A stretch of DNA of 64,000 bases, from NCBI GenBank assembly GCA_930971385.1, contig CAKNGB010000003.1:21233-85232 (forward strand), read 5' to 3'. Both the position numbers and the translations under genes were made by a program. The notes beneath the pieces were generated by a model that was not told the DNA's origin, searched no databases, and was given only the letters and a program-made list of their open reading frames with translations. How positions within the stretch are numbered: the stretch's first letter is position 1; each line of letters begins with the position of its first letter. Source of the DNA: an uncultured Clostridia bacterium (lineage in GTDB: Bacteria; Bacillota; Clostridia; Christensenellales; UBA1242). Below, one piece after another: positions 1 through 12,000 of the stretch.

Positions 1-344
1 ACTCCGCTTAATGCAATCACGGCAGACAAATTGGTGTTCACTTGCTTATAGATATTTTCAGGTTTGGCGTTTTCAATTGCGCCAGCAATTCCAAAACCTG
101 CGTTATTAATGAAAATGTCGATGTGCTTTTCTCTTTCAAAAATTTCCTCTAAAATGGTTTTCACTTTAGCTGTGTCATTCACATCACAAGCGTATGCCTT
201 TTCCATTTCCTCATGTTCTTCCACATGGAGAGAAATGTCATATATTTTCACGCCTGCCTTTTTAAGTTGTTTTGTGATGGCGTAGCCAATGCCTCCACTT
301 GCGCCAGTTATAACTGCAACTTTGCCGTTTAACTTCTTGCTCAT
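1..344 (-). CDS. short-chain dehydrogenase/reductase (SDR) family oxidoreductase, N-terminal ~114 aa; the gene runs off the left edge
   Basis: Absent from the ORF track because it is truncated. Minus-strand translation from the ATG at 344 gives MSKKLNGKVAVITGASGGIGYAITKQL...DIFINNAGFGIAG. It carries the TGxxxGIG Rossmann motif and the NNAG motif. GGAGG (complement of 350-354) lies 5 nt upstream. Confidence 0.85.
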   Translation of the reverse strand, partial: MSKKLNGKVAVITGASGGIGYAITKQLKKAGVKIYDISLHVEEHEEMEKAYACDVNDTAKVKTILEEIFEREKHIDIFINNAGFGIAGAIENAKPENIYKQVNTNLSAVIALSG

Positions 345-487
345 AATTGCCTCCAAGGTTAAATTTTTTTCAAATAAATAATATCAAAAATTTAAGAAAA
401 AACCTAATAAAAAAGCAAAAAAATCGATTTTTAGCCATTTTTTAGCGTTATTTTAACGATTTTTCTGCATTTTTTTAATTTTTAAGA

Positions 488-2068
488 TTAATTTTTATAT
501 TTTTCCATATATTCTTCATAACTCATTTGCTTGTCGATGATGGTGTTTTCATCCACAATATCAATAATTCTGTTGGCAACGGTTTCGATGATTTCTTGGT
601 CGCCAGTGGCAAACAAAATTGGACCTTTAAAGTTTATCATACCTTTATTTAATGAGGTTATGCTTTCAAGGTCGAGGTGGTTAATTGGCTCGTCCAAAAT
701 GAGAAGATTTCCTCCTTCCAGCATAAGTTTTGCCAGCATACATCTAACTTTTTCACCACCAGACAAAACGTTGACTTCTTTTAAACTTTCCTCTCCAGAA
801 AACAACATTCTTCCCAGCCAGCCACGCACATAACTTTCTGTTTTATCCTTAGAAAATTGCCTAAGCCAATCCACAATTGAGAGGTGGCAGTTATCAAAAA
901 ATTCGCGGTTATCCTGAGGTAAATATGAAGGTTTAATTGTCTTTCCGAAATGGAAAGTTCCACTGTCTGCCTCTTCTTTTCCCATTAAAATGTTAAAAAG
1001 TGTGGTTAAAACTAAGGAATTATTGGATAAAAACACAATTTTTTGGTCAGGTTCCACATTGAAAGAAAGATTTTTGAATATTCCTTTTTTTGTCAAGTTT
1101 TCCACTTTCAAAATTTCTTTACCAATGGCTTGTTCAAACTTAAAGTCAACATAAGGATATTTTCTTGAACTTGGTTTCAAATCCTCCAGTGTCAACTTTT
1201 CAAGTTCTCTCTTTCTGCTGGTTGCCTGCTTGCTTTTTGAGGCGTTTGCAGAGAAGCGAGCAATAAAGTCTTTAAGTTCTTTGGCGCGTTGTTCCGCTTT
1301 TTTGTTTTGCTCTTTTGCTTGGCGGGCAAGAAGTTGACTTGTTTCATACCAGAAATCATAATTGCCAAGATACATATTAATCTGCCCAAAATCAACATCG
1401 CAAATGTGAGTGCAGACCTTGTTTAAAAAGTGACGGTTATGCGAAACGATGATGACTATGTTTTCAAAGTCTAAAAGGAAATTTTCCAGCCATCTAATCG
1501 TTTTAAAGTCGAGGTTGTTTGTTGGCTCATCCAAAATCAAAATGTCAGGGTTGCCAAAAAGCGCTTGAGCAAGCAAAACTTTCACCTTAATTTTCGAGTC
1601 AAGTTCGCTCATCATTTTATAATAATCGTCTTCTGTGATGCCCATACTTTGCAACAAACTTTTGGCGTCACTGTCGGCTTCCCAACCACCAAGTTCGGCG
1701 AATTCGGTTTCAAGTTCGCCTGCTCTAATACCGTCTTCATCTGAAAAATCTGGTTTAGCATAAAGAGCGTCCTTTTCCTTTTGAATTTCCATCAAACGCT
1801 TATGGCCAAGAAGGACAGTGTCAAGCACGGTTTCGTTGTCGTATTTATTTTGGTTTTGTTCTAGAACCGACATTCTTTCGCCGGGTGTTATCACAACTTC
1901 GCCAGTGTTTGGTTCAATTTCGCCAGTCAAAATTTTTAAAAAGGTAGATTTACCAGCGCCGTTTGCGCCGATAATTCCATAGCAATTTCCCTTTGTGAAC
2001 TTCAAGTTCACTTCTTTATAAAGCGTTCTTCCTCCAAATGATAAGGAAACATTGACAGTTTGAATCAT
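488..2068 (-). CDS. ABC-F family ATPase (two ABC cassettes, no TM domain; YbiT/YkpA-like), with a degenerate second ATP site
   Basis: 526 aa. NBD1 has Walker A GANGAGKST, Walker B ILILDEP and H-loop VSHNRHF. A charged linker follows (QAKEQNKKAEQRAKELKDFIARF). NBD2 has signature LSGGEKVRCMLA and Walker B LLILDEP. The NBD1 signature (ELDSK), NBD2 Walker A (LSNNSLVLTT) and NBD2 H-loop (ATGD) are non-consensus. Confidence 0.9.
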   Translation of the reverse strand: MIQTVNVSLSFGGRTLYKEVNLKFTKGNCYGIIGANGAGKSTFLKILTGEIEPNTGEVVITPGERMSVLEQNQNKYDNETVLDTVLLGHKRLMEIQKEKDALYAKPDFSDEDGIRAGELETEFAELGGWEADSDAKSLLQSMGITEDDYYKMMSELDSKIKVKVLLAQALFGNPDILILDEPTNNLDFKTIRWLENFLLDFENIVIIVSHNRHFLNKVCTHICDVDFGQINMYLGNYDFWYETSQLLARQAKEQNKKAEQRAKELKDFIARFSANASKSKQATSRKRELEKLTLEDLKPSSRKYPYVDFKFEQAIGKEILKVENLTKKGIFKNLSFNVEPDQKIVFLSNNSLVLTTLFNILMGKEEADSGTFHFGKTIKPSYLPQDNREFFDNCHLSIVDWLRQFSKDKTESYVRGWLGRMLFSGEESLKEVNVLSGGEKVRCMLAKLMLEGGNLLILDEPINHLDLESITSLNKGMINFKGPILFATGDQEIIETVANRIIDIVDENTIIDKQMSYEEYMEKYKN

Positions 2069-2835
2069 ACTTCTCTCTCCTTTTTGCTGGTGCTTACTTT
2101 AGATTTCGGGCGGACATTTTCCACTTTTTGTCTTTTTCGTATGTTTGAGTTTTCCACAATTCGATTTATAGTGGTGATGCTTTCAGTTAATTTTTCCTTC
2201 TTTTTCTTTTTCACTTTTTCTTGAAGTTCTTTGTAGGTGGTTTTATAGTTTTCACCAAGATGCTCCAAAAAGTTTTCTAAATTTAAATCTTCTTCAAAAC
2301 TCCTTTCCAAAAGTTTGCCAAAAACTGGATTTATATTATATATTTCAGCATAGGATTTACCCTCTTCAAATTCGGTTTTATGAAAGGAAAAAATTTCATT
2401 TTTTAACAATTTTTTTCGCATGGATAAATAGATTAAAAAATTATTTTTATCAAAATTATCAATTTTTTCCTTATTTTTCACGATTTTTTCCAATTTTTTC
2501 GTGTTTTTTAAAGATTTTTTATATTTTTTTCTAATTTTTCTTTTTTCTTCAAAAATAAAGTTTGGTGTTTTAAGCGTTTTTGCCATTTCGTTAAAAACAA
2601 GCCTTTCTTTGATAAGCTCTTCTGACAGCGTAAAATCATCTGGCAAAGGATTATATCCATAATGAGAATATAAAATGCCAAACTTTTCGTTTATCATGTT
2701 TAAATAATTTAACACTTCAAAATTGATTTCCATGTGTTTATTATACCCATGCATTCTCTTTTTGTCAAGATAAAACAAAAGCCATTTCTTTAAATTTTTT
2801 GAAAAAGATTTAAACAATGTTTTCCACATATCCAC
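2065..2835 (-). CDS. hypothetical lysine-rich protein; its stop overlaps the ABC-F start (ATGA)
   Basis: 256-aa ORF, very K/E-rich with poly-K runs and no TM segment. The start is uncertain: GTG at 2835 or ATG at 2829. The 4-nt overlap with the downstream ABC-F gene suggests co-translation. Confidence 0.6.
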   Translation of the reverse strand: MDMWKTLFKSFSKNLKKWLLFYLDKKRMHGYNKHMEINFEVLNYLNMINEKFGILYSHYGYNPLPDDFTLSEELIKERLVFNEMAKTLKTPNFIFEEKRKIRKKYKKSLKNTKKLEKIVKNKEKIDNFDKNNFLIYLSMRKKLLKNEIFSFHKTEFEEGKSYAEIYNINPVFGKLLERSFEEDLNLENFLEHLGENYKTTYKELQEKVKKKKKEKLTESITTINRIVENSNIRKRQKVENVRPKSKVSTSKKEREV

Positions 2836-2971
2836 AATTAAACAAAATTCTGAAAAAACAAAAAGAAAAAATTAAATCAAAAACATTTAAAAAAATTTAA
2901 TAACTCAAAAAAAACTATTTTTAATTAATTTTAAAATTATTTTTAAATATTATTTTTTAACTTAAAATTGT

Positions 2972-3000
2972 TTGCCTAAATGTGAAAAAAATTGTATAAT
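2972..3000 (+). promoter_or_regulatory. sigma-A-type promoter of the giant gene (TTGCCT-17-TATAAT)
   Basis: TTGCCT at 2972-2977, a 17-nt spacer, TATAAT at 2995-3000. Phased A-tracts lie upstream (2860-2925). RBS AAGGGG lies before the ATG at 3039. Confidence 0.6.
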
Positions 3001-3038
3001 AATTTTGTTTATATTAACAAATAATATAAGGGGTAGTT

Positions 3039-6000
3039 ATGAGAAGAAGAAAAAGAAAAGCACTTGCCGTTTGGAAAGTTGTTTTAATAACGATTGCTTC
3101 TATCATTGGGCTTATGGGCGTGTCCGTTTTTGTTATGTATTTACTCGGCATGCTTGAAGACACAATTGTCAATCCAACCAGCATAAATTTTGTTAAGGAG
3201 GGAAACGAGTTTTATAACTCTGACCGAGATACATACGAAGTTTCTTCAAACTTTTCTCTCACCATCACCACATCAACAGAAGGTGTCACAGAAGATTTAG
3301 TCACGCTTTCTCTTCCAAATGGAACGGTGCGCGATGGCAGAATTTATAATGATGTTGTTTCCGTTCCTCAAACCGTTCGCCTAAACACCCCTTTTGAAGT
3401 TGAACTTAGAGAAAGCTATAATGCAGAGTTAGACCGAAGTTACAGAAACGGCGGAACAACCACAATCTCTTGCGAAAGTGAATATGGACCTAGTGAAAAC
3501 GACACAATAACAATTTCCGTGGATGTTCCAGTTAGCAGTATTCATGCCTATGTTTATGATGCACTTGACAGCACGATGACAGATTTAAATGGCAGTGTGT
3601 TCATAGGCTCGCAGTTTAAAGTTAATGTTGAGTTCTTGCCAGAAGCAAGTAGGTATATGTTCTCAACAGACGAAGAAAAGCTTGTTTTTTATGACCCACA
3701 AAATAACTACATAGATTTTGATTATGAAACACGGACCTTTGATGCTCGCGATGTCAGCGCAGGCACAGGCGACACAATAAGAATTTTCACCTTTGTTGAC
3801 GCCTACGAGCAAAGGCAGTTTTTGGAAGCGAACAGTGACGCACAAAGTTTCAGCGTTTTAAACAGCCGTGCGCTTAACTATTTCGACGCTCATCAAGGTT
3901 CCTATGCTATGGACGAAATTAGAATTATGGTGGAAGAGGTCAGTGTTCACAGTTTCAACATTTCAGCCACCAACTTTTCGTGGTATGCCGACACAAAGTT
4001 CCACTTGGCGTTTAACTCCACTTCTCCAGTGTTCTCTGGCAACCTTGGCGCCAACATCCGCGACAGTGAAGGAAATGCTTTAAACTCGATTTATGCTGAA
4101 GGCGTGGGCATAAGTTACCTTGGAAGCGAAAATGCTGAAGGCGCTGACGGCATCACATTAAGAGGCTCGAACTATGTTATGGAGGTTGTGGAAACTGGAA
4201 CGCAAGGCACGGACGGTGGTTGGCACTACGAATATCAAGTTAACCGCATAGCCTATGATAGTGAGGCTTCCTACACCGCCCATCTTGGAACGGCAGAAGA
4301 TGGTTCTGTCACAAACACATACTATTTCATCTTGCCAAGCATCTCTTCAAGTTCACTTGTCGATAACAATTCCTATGAAATCTCCACAGAAAATCAAATC
4401 GACAATGGCAAATTTATTTCCGCACTATTTTTGGAAACAGAAAAAGGTTATGAAATTTTCTTTGATGAATCATTAAGTGCAAACACGCAAAGTTTGCAAA
4501 ATATCTTCCCAACTTTCTATATGGATTTTGAAGTGAGTGCCGATAATGATATATACTGGACAAGCACCACATCTCCTCTCACGCTTGTTTACGACACCGA
4601 CTCTCTGCTTTCAGACACCTATGACCTATCGCAAGATATTTTTGTGGATGAAACCAACATCTATCAAACTGTGAGGTATTTCTTCTCCACCGATACGGGC
4701 GATGCTCTTGGAACAGCTCCACTTGAATATGCTGACTCTGGACTTTATAATAGAGCGGACTTAGGCATAACAAGCCAAGGCACCTCAACCATCGTTCTTT
4801 ATGAACTCAATAATTCCTTCCTTCGTGCAATTAATGGTTATGATGGCACACTATATCTATATTTTGCCACCGTTAGAACCAATGCCGACGGCGAAATCAT
4901 CTATGGTAATGATGGTTTATATGACATCGTCCAATTCAGCTCAGCAAGAAGTTTGGTTATCGATGCCACAATCTCGTTTGAAAGCATAACTCCACAAATC
5001 ACCATCACTTCGGCGATAGCAGTTGACAGATTTTTGGTGACAGGCACAAATGGTCAAGCAAACATCTATCTTCCAACTGAACTATACACAAATGTGCCAG
5101 AAAACGAAAATGCTGATTCTTTCACTTTTGAAATCTCTCTTAACAGCGAAGATTTGATAAGCCAAAATCAAATCTCAGATTTTTGGACCTTATTCAATAA
5201 CTCTTCTTCAAGTGACAGTTTTCTTAATTTGGAGTTTAGAACTCAGTCAGGCGAAGTTTGGAACTATATCACTATCACCGATGTTGTGAACGACACAACT
5301 GACGGAGTTGTGATAAGAGGTAGCATAGACATATCTGAGGGCTTCACCGACCCAGAAGGCGTGGTTTTAACACCATGGCTTGTTTACAACAACGGCAAGC
5401 AAGTGCAACAAAAGCAGGTAAACATCTCATATAACGATGTAGACTACAACTCTTTCACGGTTTACTTCCAAAGAATAGATAGCGCAGTTTATGCTTTTAT
5501 GGATGAAAACGATGAAGGTAATTATAATCCTGAATTTTTCACAAACGACACTATTGACACGGTTGATGTTAAAATCACAACTAAAAACGGAGTGGAAATC
5601 AAATGGGGTGACACGCCGATTGAAGAGGATGGCAACAGAAGTGCATATGATGTTCTCTCTGACTATCTTCAAGTGCATCTATACGACACTCATGGCAAGA
5701 GAATCTATACCAATGTGGCGACCTACACTTTGCAAGAGCAAGTTAATAATAATTACATCATAATAAATAATAACCGAATAACTTCCTTTGCTTCGGCTGA
5801 GAATGCCACAACCTATCTTTCTGCCACAGCAAGCGGAATCGACGGCTCGGGGACAACAACCGCCAGCGTTAATTTCCACATCGACAGCGAGGGAATTAGG
5901 GAAATTTTTAAAGACAACTCGCTTTATTATAATGGCAATGCTGAAGATAATGGTGTTAAGGTGGACAAAGAAGAATGGTCGAGAGTGCAGGTTGAAAAAT

Positions 6001-9000
6001 ATCTAACAATCGATAAGGACATAATCTTAAGCAATTTAATCCGCGTTTATGTGGGAGAAGAACAAGATCCAACAGCACTCACCTTCCGTTTAAGCGAAAC
6101 CTATGTGGCAGGGCTGACCACCGAGCAGAGAAATCAATTGTTTAGAGTGGGCACTGATAACCAAACCACCATGCTTAACCTATATAGCAATTATAACGGA
6201 AATAAATTCACAGATGATGATATTGCGGAAAGTTTAACAACAGATATAGTCGGCTTAAAACTTAACATTCCATTCTCTGGCGATAATTTCAACATCATTT
6301 TTGATGTGAGAGATACAAATGGGCTTGTGAACATTCAACTTGAACTTATTATATTAAACAACCTTGAAGCCAGCCCAACTTTCGATGCATATGAAGCGGA
6401 ATACGTTTCTCCTGAGGGCGATAGCTATTTGTCAAGTTATGGCGCGTCGGATGATGTGATTATGGTGTTTGCAGTAGACGATGAACACGAAATTGACCTC
6501 AACACTTATTTAGCGCTAAACTACATTGATGCAGGTGATGAGGAAAACACACTTTCTTGGGATGAAGGAGGTGGCAATCTCATCATCTATGCCAACGAAG
6601 GTAGCAACCCTGTTGGAACGGCTGGGCAAACAGATCCAATAACTGTAGACGGAAGCGTGATAACATTTAATGATGTTGCGAAGGCCACAATTGTTTCGCT
6701 AAGAATCTATTTTAAAGCAGTTAACAGCTACACTTACAGCATCAATTTAAACTTTATTGTTAACCCTAACTATGCATTTGTAAGAAATGGCGAATATATC
6801 AACATTCAAGATGTAGACCAAGACTCAATAAACTTGTTAGATCGCTACGAGCTTTATAGGGCAACCGATATAATTTCATATATTAAGGGTGAAATGACTT
6901 GGGATAATGTTATTAAATTTCAACAATTGCCAGAAGGAATAACCTTAACCTATGATGACACTGATAACTCCAATCAAATTATTAGCATTAACAACGCTTA
7001 CATTGCAAGGCGACAGGACGCAACTTTAAATATAAGTTTGGGCGGAGCGGAAAAAGTTTCCATAGGTTTCACTTTCACAAGTGATGATGATAATTTCTCC
7101 ATTTTGATGTTCGATTTTGAGAATCAAGAGATGACCAGCTTTGAAAGAACAAATGCTTTCACTTTTGATGTTGGCTATGGCGAAAACAACAATGCTTTTT
7201 CTGTTATCGAAACTCTCTTGCCGATAGACGATAATCTATCTGATTATGAACTTCGTGAAACAGCAGAAGGGTATCTTCTTGTCCTTCTTGAAAATGCTGA
7301 GTATGTTGTTGGCAACGGCTGGAGTGCCTCTGGAAATGTTGTTCAGCCAAGCACAAACGGCATCAGAGTTGGCGTACTTTCAGATTTTAATGTGCAAGAC
7401 ACAATCTCGTTCACAAACAATGGCGATGTTATCCGTGTTAACTCACTTTTAACAAAGATTGGCTTAGAGTATGTTAAATATGAAGAGGACTATGATTTTG
7501 ACATCATCACATCCACTAATCCAAATGACCTTGTGGAAAACAATATTTATCAAGAGTTTAATGCTGGAGCAAACTATCAAATTGTTTTTGAAGAAAACGC
7601 TGATTATGTTGACGAAGAAGACGACGACTATGGTTTCCACTACATAAATTCAGGCACTGCCTTAAGGGCAACACTTTCGGTGTATAGTTCCACAGTTTCC
7701 GGCTTAGTTTCCACCAGCGGTAACACGATTACCATCAACTCTCTTGTGGAAAGCGAGCAAGAAGTGTTTGTTATTTTGGAGCTAAACTTAAGAGCTAATG
7801 TGAACGCTGGTTACATCAATCATAACATTTATTACAGAATCAAAGTGCTTCCAAACTACACTCTTTCTGATGTTTCCTATCCTTACAGCGACAACGCCGA
7901 ATATTTAAGAGCAAAAGACTTCACCTTAAATGAAAATGAAGAACTTGTTCTCACCATAAACTTTAATGAAGAATTCACATCTTGTAATGCTCAAACAAGT
8001 GTGATTGGTGAAAAGCGTTTTGCTGACCTATATAATATGGATGGCGAAGTTGTTGAAAATGCGAATGCCACCTACAGCATATCCGTCAGCGTTAACTACG
8101 GCGAGCCTCTTACAGATTACAGCCAGTATTTAAGGCTAAATTGCCAGAATGGAAGCCTTGAAATAACTTTGCTTGACACAAGCGCTAGAATTGAAATCAT
8201 TGTTGTTAAAAGTTTTAACGATGTTTATAACTCTTCTCGTGAATATCACATAATCATCAACGGTTCACCTGAATATGAGGTGTATGTTGATAACACTTTG
8301 AATAACCTTGAACACGACATCACGGTTGGCACAGAATATACCTACGATGTTTCTGTTATGGAAAAACAAGACAACAGCACAGAAACACCAATCACAAACC
8401 TTAAAGGGCACGTAACCTCTTCAAACGAAAGTTTGCTTGTGCCATTCATTATTGGTGGAGAATCGCAAGAGGTTTCCACCACTGTATATTCGTATGTTGG
8501 ACCAATTATTAACTTAGATTCACCAATTTTCATTTCTGTTGACACCACACAGGCCTCTAAATATATTGAGGTCACAAGTTATAGGTTATTTGATGATACA
8601 AATAATCAATATGACGAGGAATATTACACAATAGAAACAACACATGGTCAATTTGCTGTTCTAGTCAACGACTTACAGTTCTTTGACCTTTCGCTTAATG
8701 AAGATAATGCCACATACACACTATATTTCAAAACCGTTTCCTCAATCTCTAGTGATGACATTCTCACAATTGGGCTGTATAACGACTATGAAAACATCAC
8801 AGACCTTGTGTTCAATATGGACGGTGGCTATAACATCACTTACGCTGAAGAAATGAGCGGTTCTTATGCAAGCGGAACAAGTTACACAATAAGGAACTTT
8901 ATAACCTCCATTTTTGCACACACTGACGAAGAACAAGATTTAACTGAGTCATTCATCTATTCTCTTGTTGACGAAAACGAACAAAGAGTGATTTTGGATG

Positions 9001-12000
9001 ATGAAAGAAATGTGACAGTCGCATATTCCAACGAGCCTTTCTCAGTTCAATTCAGTGCAACTTATAGTGGCTACACATTCATATTCACTGTGAATTTCCT
9101 TGCAAGTTTCAATCCTAACAATGTTTCCACCACAGTTATTGATTCCACCCCTCATAACTCGCAAGACGTAATTTCATTAAGCACAGTGGAAGATGGTTTA
9201 ATAAAAACAAAAATCGCAGAATTATTCGCAAGTTCTCGTGACACAGTCGACGCTTTCACTTTCGCAAGCAATAACACAGACTCCTTCACAATTTCCACTG
9301 TGAATGTGAGCGAGAATAACACATCATACAGGCAAACGATAAGAATAAACTATGTGTTTAATGGAAATGTTATCTTCTCGTTTGACTTAATCTATTCCTA
9401 CACCGTTTCGCCTAATGTGAATATGGTTATGAACTATCCTAACCCAGAAAATTTAACCGAAACCGACTTCACAAGTGAATACATCACAAACGACGCAGAA
9501 GGCACAAATGTAATAAACAACTTCTTCAACACATCCACTGATTTCATTGCAGAAGTTGACGGTGTTAAACCAAACAGAGTGCAAGTGACAAGCGTTGGAG
9601 AAGGAACTTATTCTTATGCTTCGTCTATCTCAATTTCTGCAATTAACAATGTGACAATCTCAACAGGTGATGGCACATTCTCTTCCGTTGGCGATGTGCT
9701 TGGCTCTTCCTCTTCAACGGCAAGTGGCGGAGACAGTTTAACCTTGCCAGAACTTAATTTAACCTTCACATTAAATGGCTCAGGTGCTTCTGGAAGCGTC
9801 ACCTTTGCCATCAACATCAACAGCGTGATAAGATATTACAGTGTCATCGTCACCACAACTAACAGCGTGACTGTGGAAACAAATGCGGTTGACAGAGTGA
9901 ACTCCGACGAATATCTCTATGCTGAAGATTTAACCAACCAAGAGCTCAACATCTTTGCAAAAGACAGACTTCTTCATTATGAATTCTTGACAGGTGCATC
10001 AGGCACATATGTGGCAAAATTTGTTCATGAAGATGGCTCCTCTTTATACGAAACCTTGGAAGTTGAATCTGGCGAAGTTTTGGTTGACCTTGGAAGGAGC
10101 TACGAAGGCTATCAATATGCGGGAACCTTTGAAAATGAAGTTGATGCAAGAAATAATGAGGACGCGTATAACGATGAAGAGGTGTTCGTCACAGCGCCGT
10201 CGCTTACAAGCAGAATTATTCTTCGCTATGCTGGGCGCGAAGTTTCAAAGGATATTGCAATCATTTACCTTACACAAGGAACAGAAACTCCAACAGCTAT
10301 GGAAGAGGTTTCTGTCACAGGAGATTTCTTTGATACCACAACCACCTATTCAATAGGTTATAGTTTAGACTTAGACGGAACAACAGATAACATAATCACA
10401 ACACGAAATCAATATGGTGTTTATCTCACAGTTAAGTTTGAAGTGAACAGCGATGCAACCTCACATTATGAAGAACTTATTGCTGGCAACACCTATAACT
10501 TACTTGAAGATTTCAGTGCAAGTTTTGAAATTATGAATCCAGAACTTGACACCTACTACGCTCCATCCATGTTCGCTTCAGCAGGCTCACTTGAACTTAG
10601 AATGTATGGCTTTAGTGATATGCAGATTTTAAATCAAGATAATGGTGGCGATGCTCTTCAAGTTGAAGCGTTTAATGTTCACACCGCTTTAACAAACGGC
10701 ACAAGTTCGCTTGCACCAAGCGAGGTGTTTGAAACTGGTTTAATTCCAAGATATAACATGGCTTTAAACGCAGAAGCATCAACCAACATTCAATCGAACT
10801 ATGCCACAATCGAGGAAGTGCCAGTTGGCGGAACAAGCGACCGCACACAAGACTATGAAATTTACGCCAGTGGTGCTGGAAACAACGGCAACTTCATTAT
10901 GATGCGCTTAACCTATGTTGTGGAATTTGGCGGTCAAAGGGTTTCTAAGAGTGCAAACCTAACCTTTAAGATTATGCCAAACTTAACCGTCACCTTCTTG
11001 TCAGATAACAACACGTCAAACGCTCAACCGGGTAGCACTGAAGAGATTAATGGAACAACATATCTAACAAACAGCGCAAGACCTTACACAATTTCGCTTA
11101 GTGAAGACGGTTTAACACAATATCTTTACACAAATTCTGGAAATTCCATTCTCACAGTTAACCTTGCTGGCAATTCAACAAACCTTGCAGGCACTTTCGA
11201 CTACACTTTCCCAACCTTAACCAATGGCTCGGCGCTAACTGGTGGATATAATAGATATAACGATTCACAAGGTTTAAGATTAAGTTGGTCTGGCTCGGCC
11301 AGCGCGGGTGGCTTCACATTTGATGGCTCTGCCACAACCTCATCAATTTCCTTCACAGCAAAGCAAATCTTGCTTGGCGACAGAGATTACTATTTCAACG
11401 CGGTTGACAATCATGGTTTCAACATAAGAATATATGTCAGAATTTCGGCAAGTTTAAGCCCACAAATCTATGATGTGACCTCTTCGGCAAGAGAAGGCGA
11501 CATCATTCAAATTGGCGTTCGTCACACCGAGGTAAATTCAAGACCAACAACCTTGACCTCAACAACTTCGGCAGATGAAAGTGGATTACCTCCAGAAGAT
11601 CAAATTCCAGATAGATATAATGGAACTCAATATAACTATCGCTACACCATTGGCCGTGATGAAAGCACAGCTCCAACATTCAGCATCAATGGCAGAATCG
11701 ATGGCATCATCGCCGAATCATTGAACAGTTCAAATGCAAATGTCGTTTATGTTTACGCAGGGCAAGATAGTGGTGAAGGTGAACTTTTTGCCACACAAAA
11801 CTTCTCTTTGGCAAGAAGTGAGGCGGGCGCTCAAACCATCACCATGTATGTGAACACGACAGCAGCAGGAGTTGGAACAGACGACTTATTGCAAGTTTAT
11901 TATACAAGAGATGATGGAACGGAATATCTTGTTCCAGAGCAAACCACTTCCTCCGCGCGTCCAGAGTTCACGGATGCGTCAGGGCTTCAAGTGATTTTGG

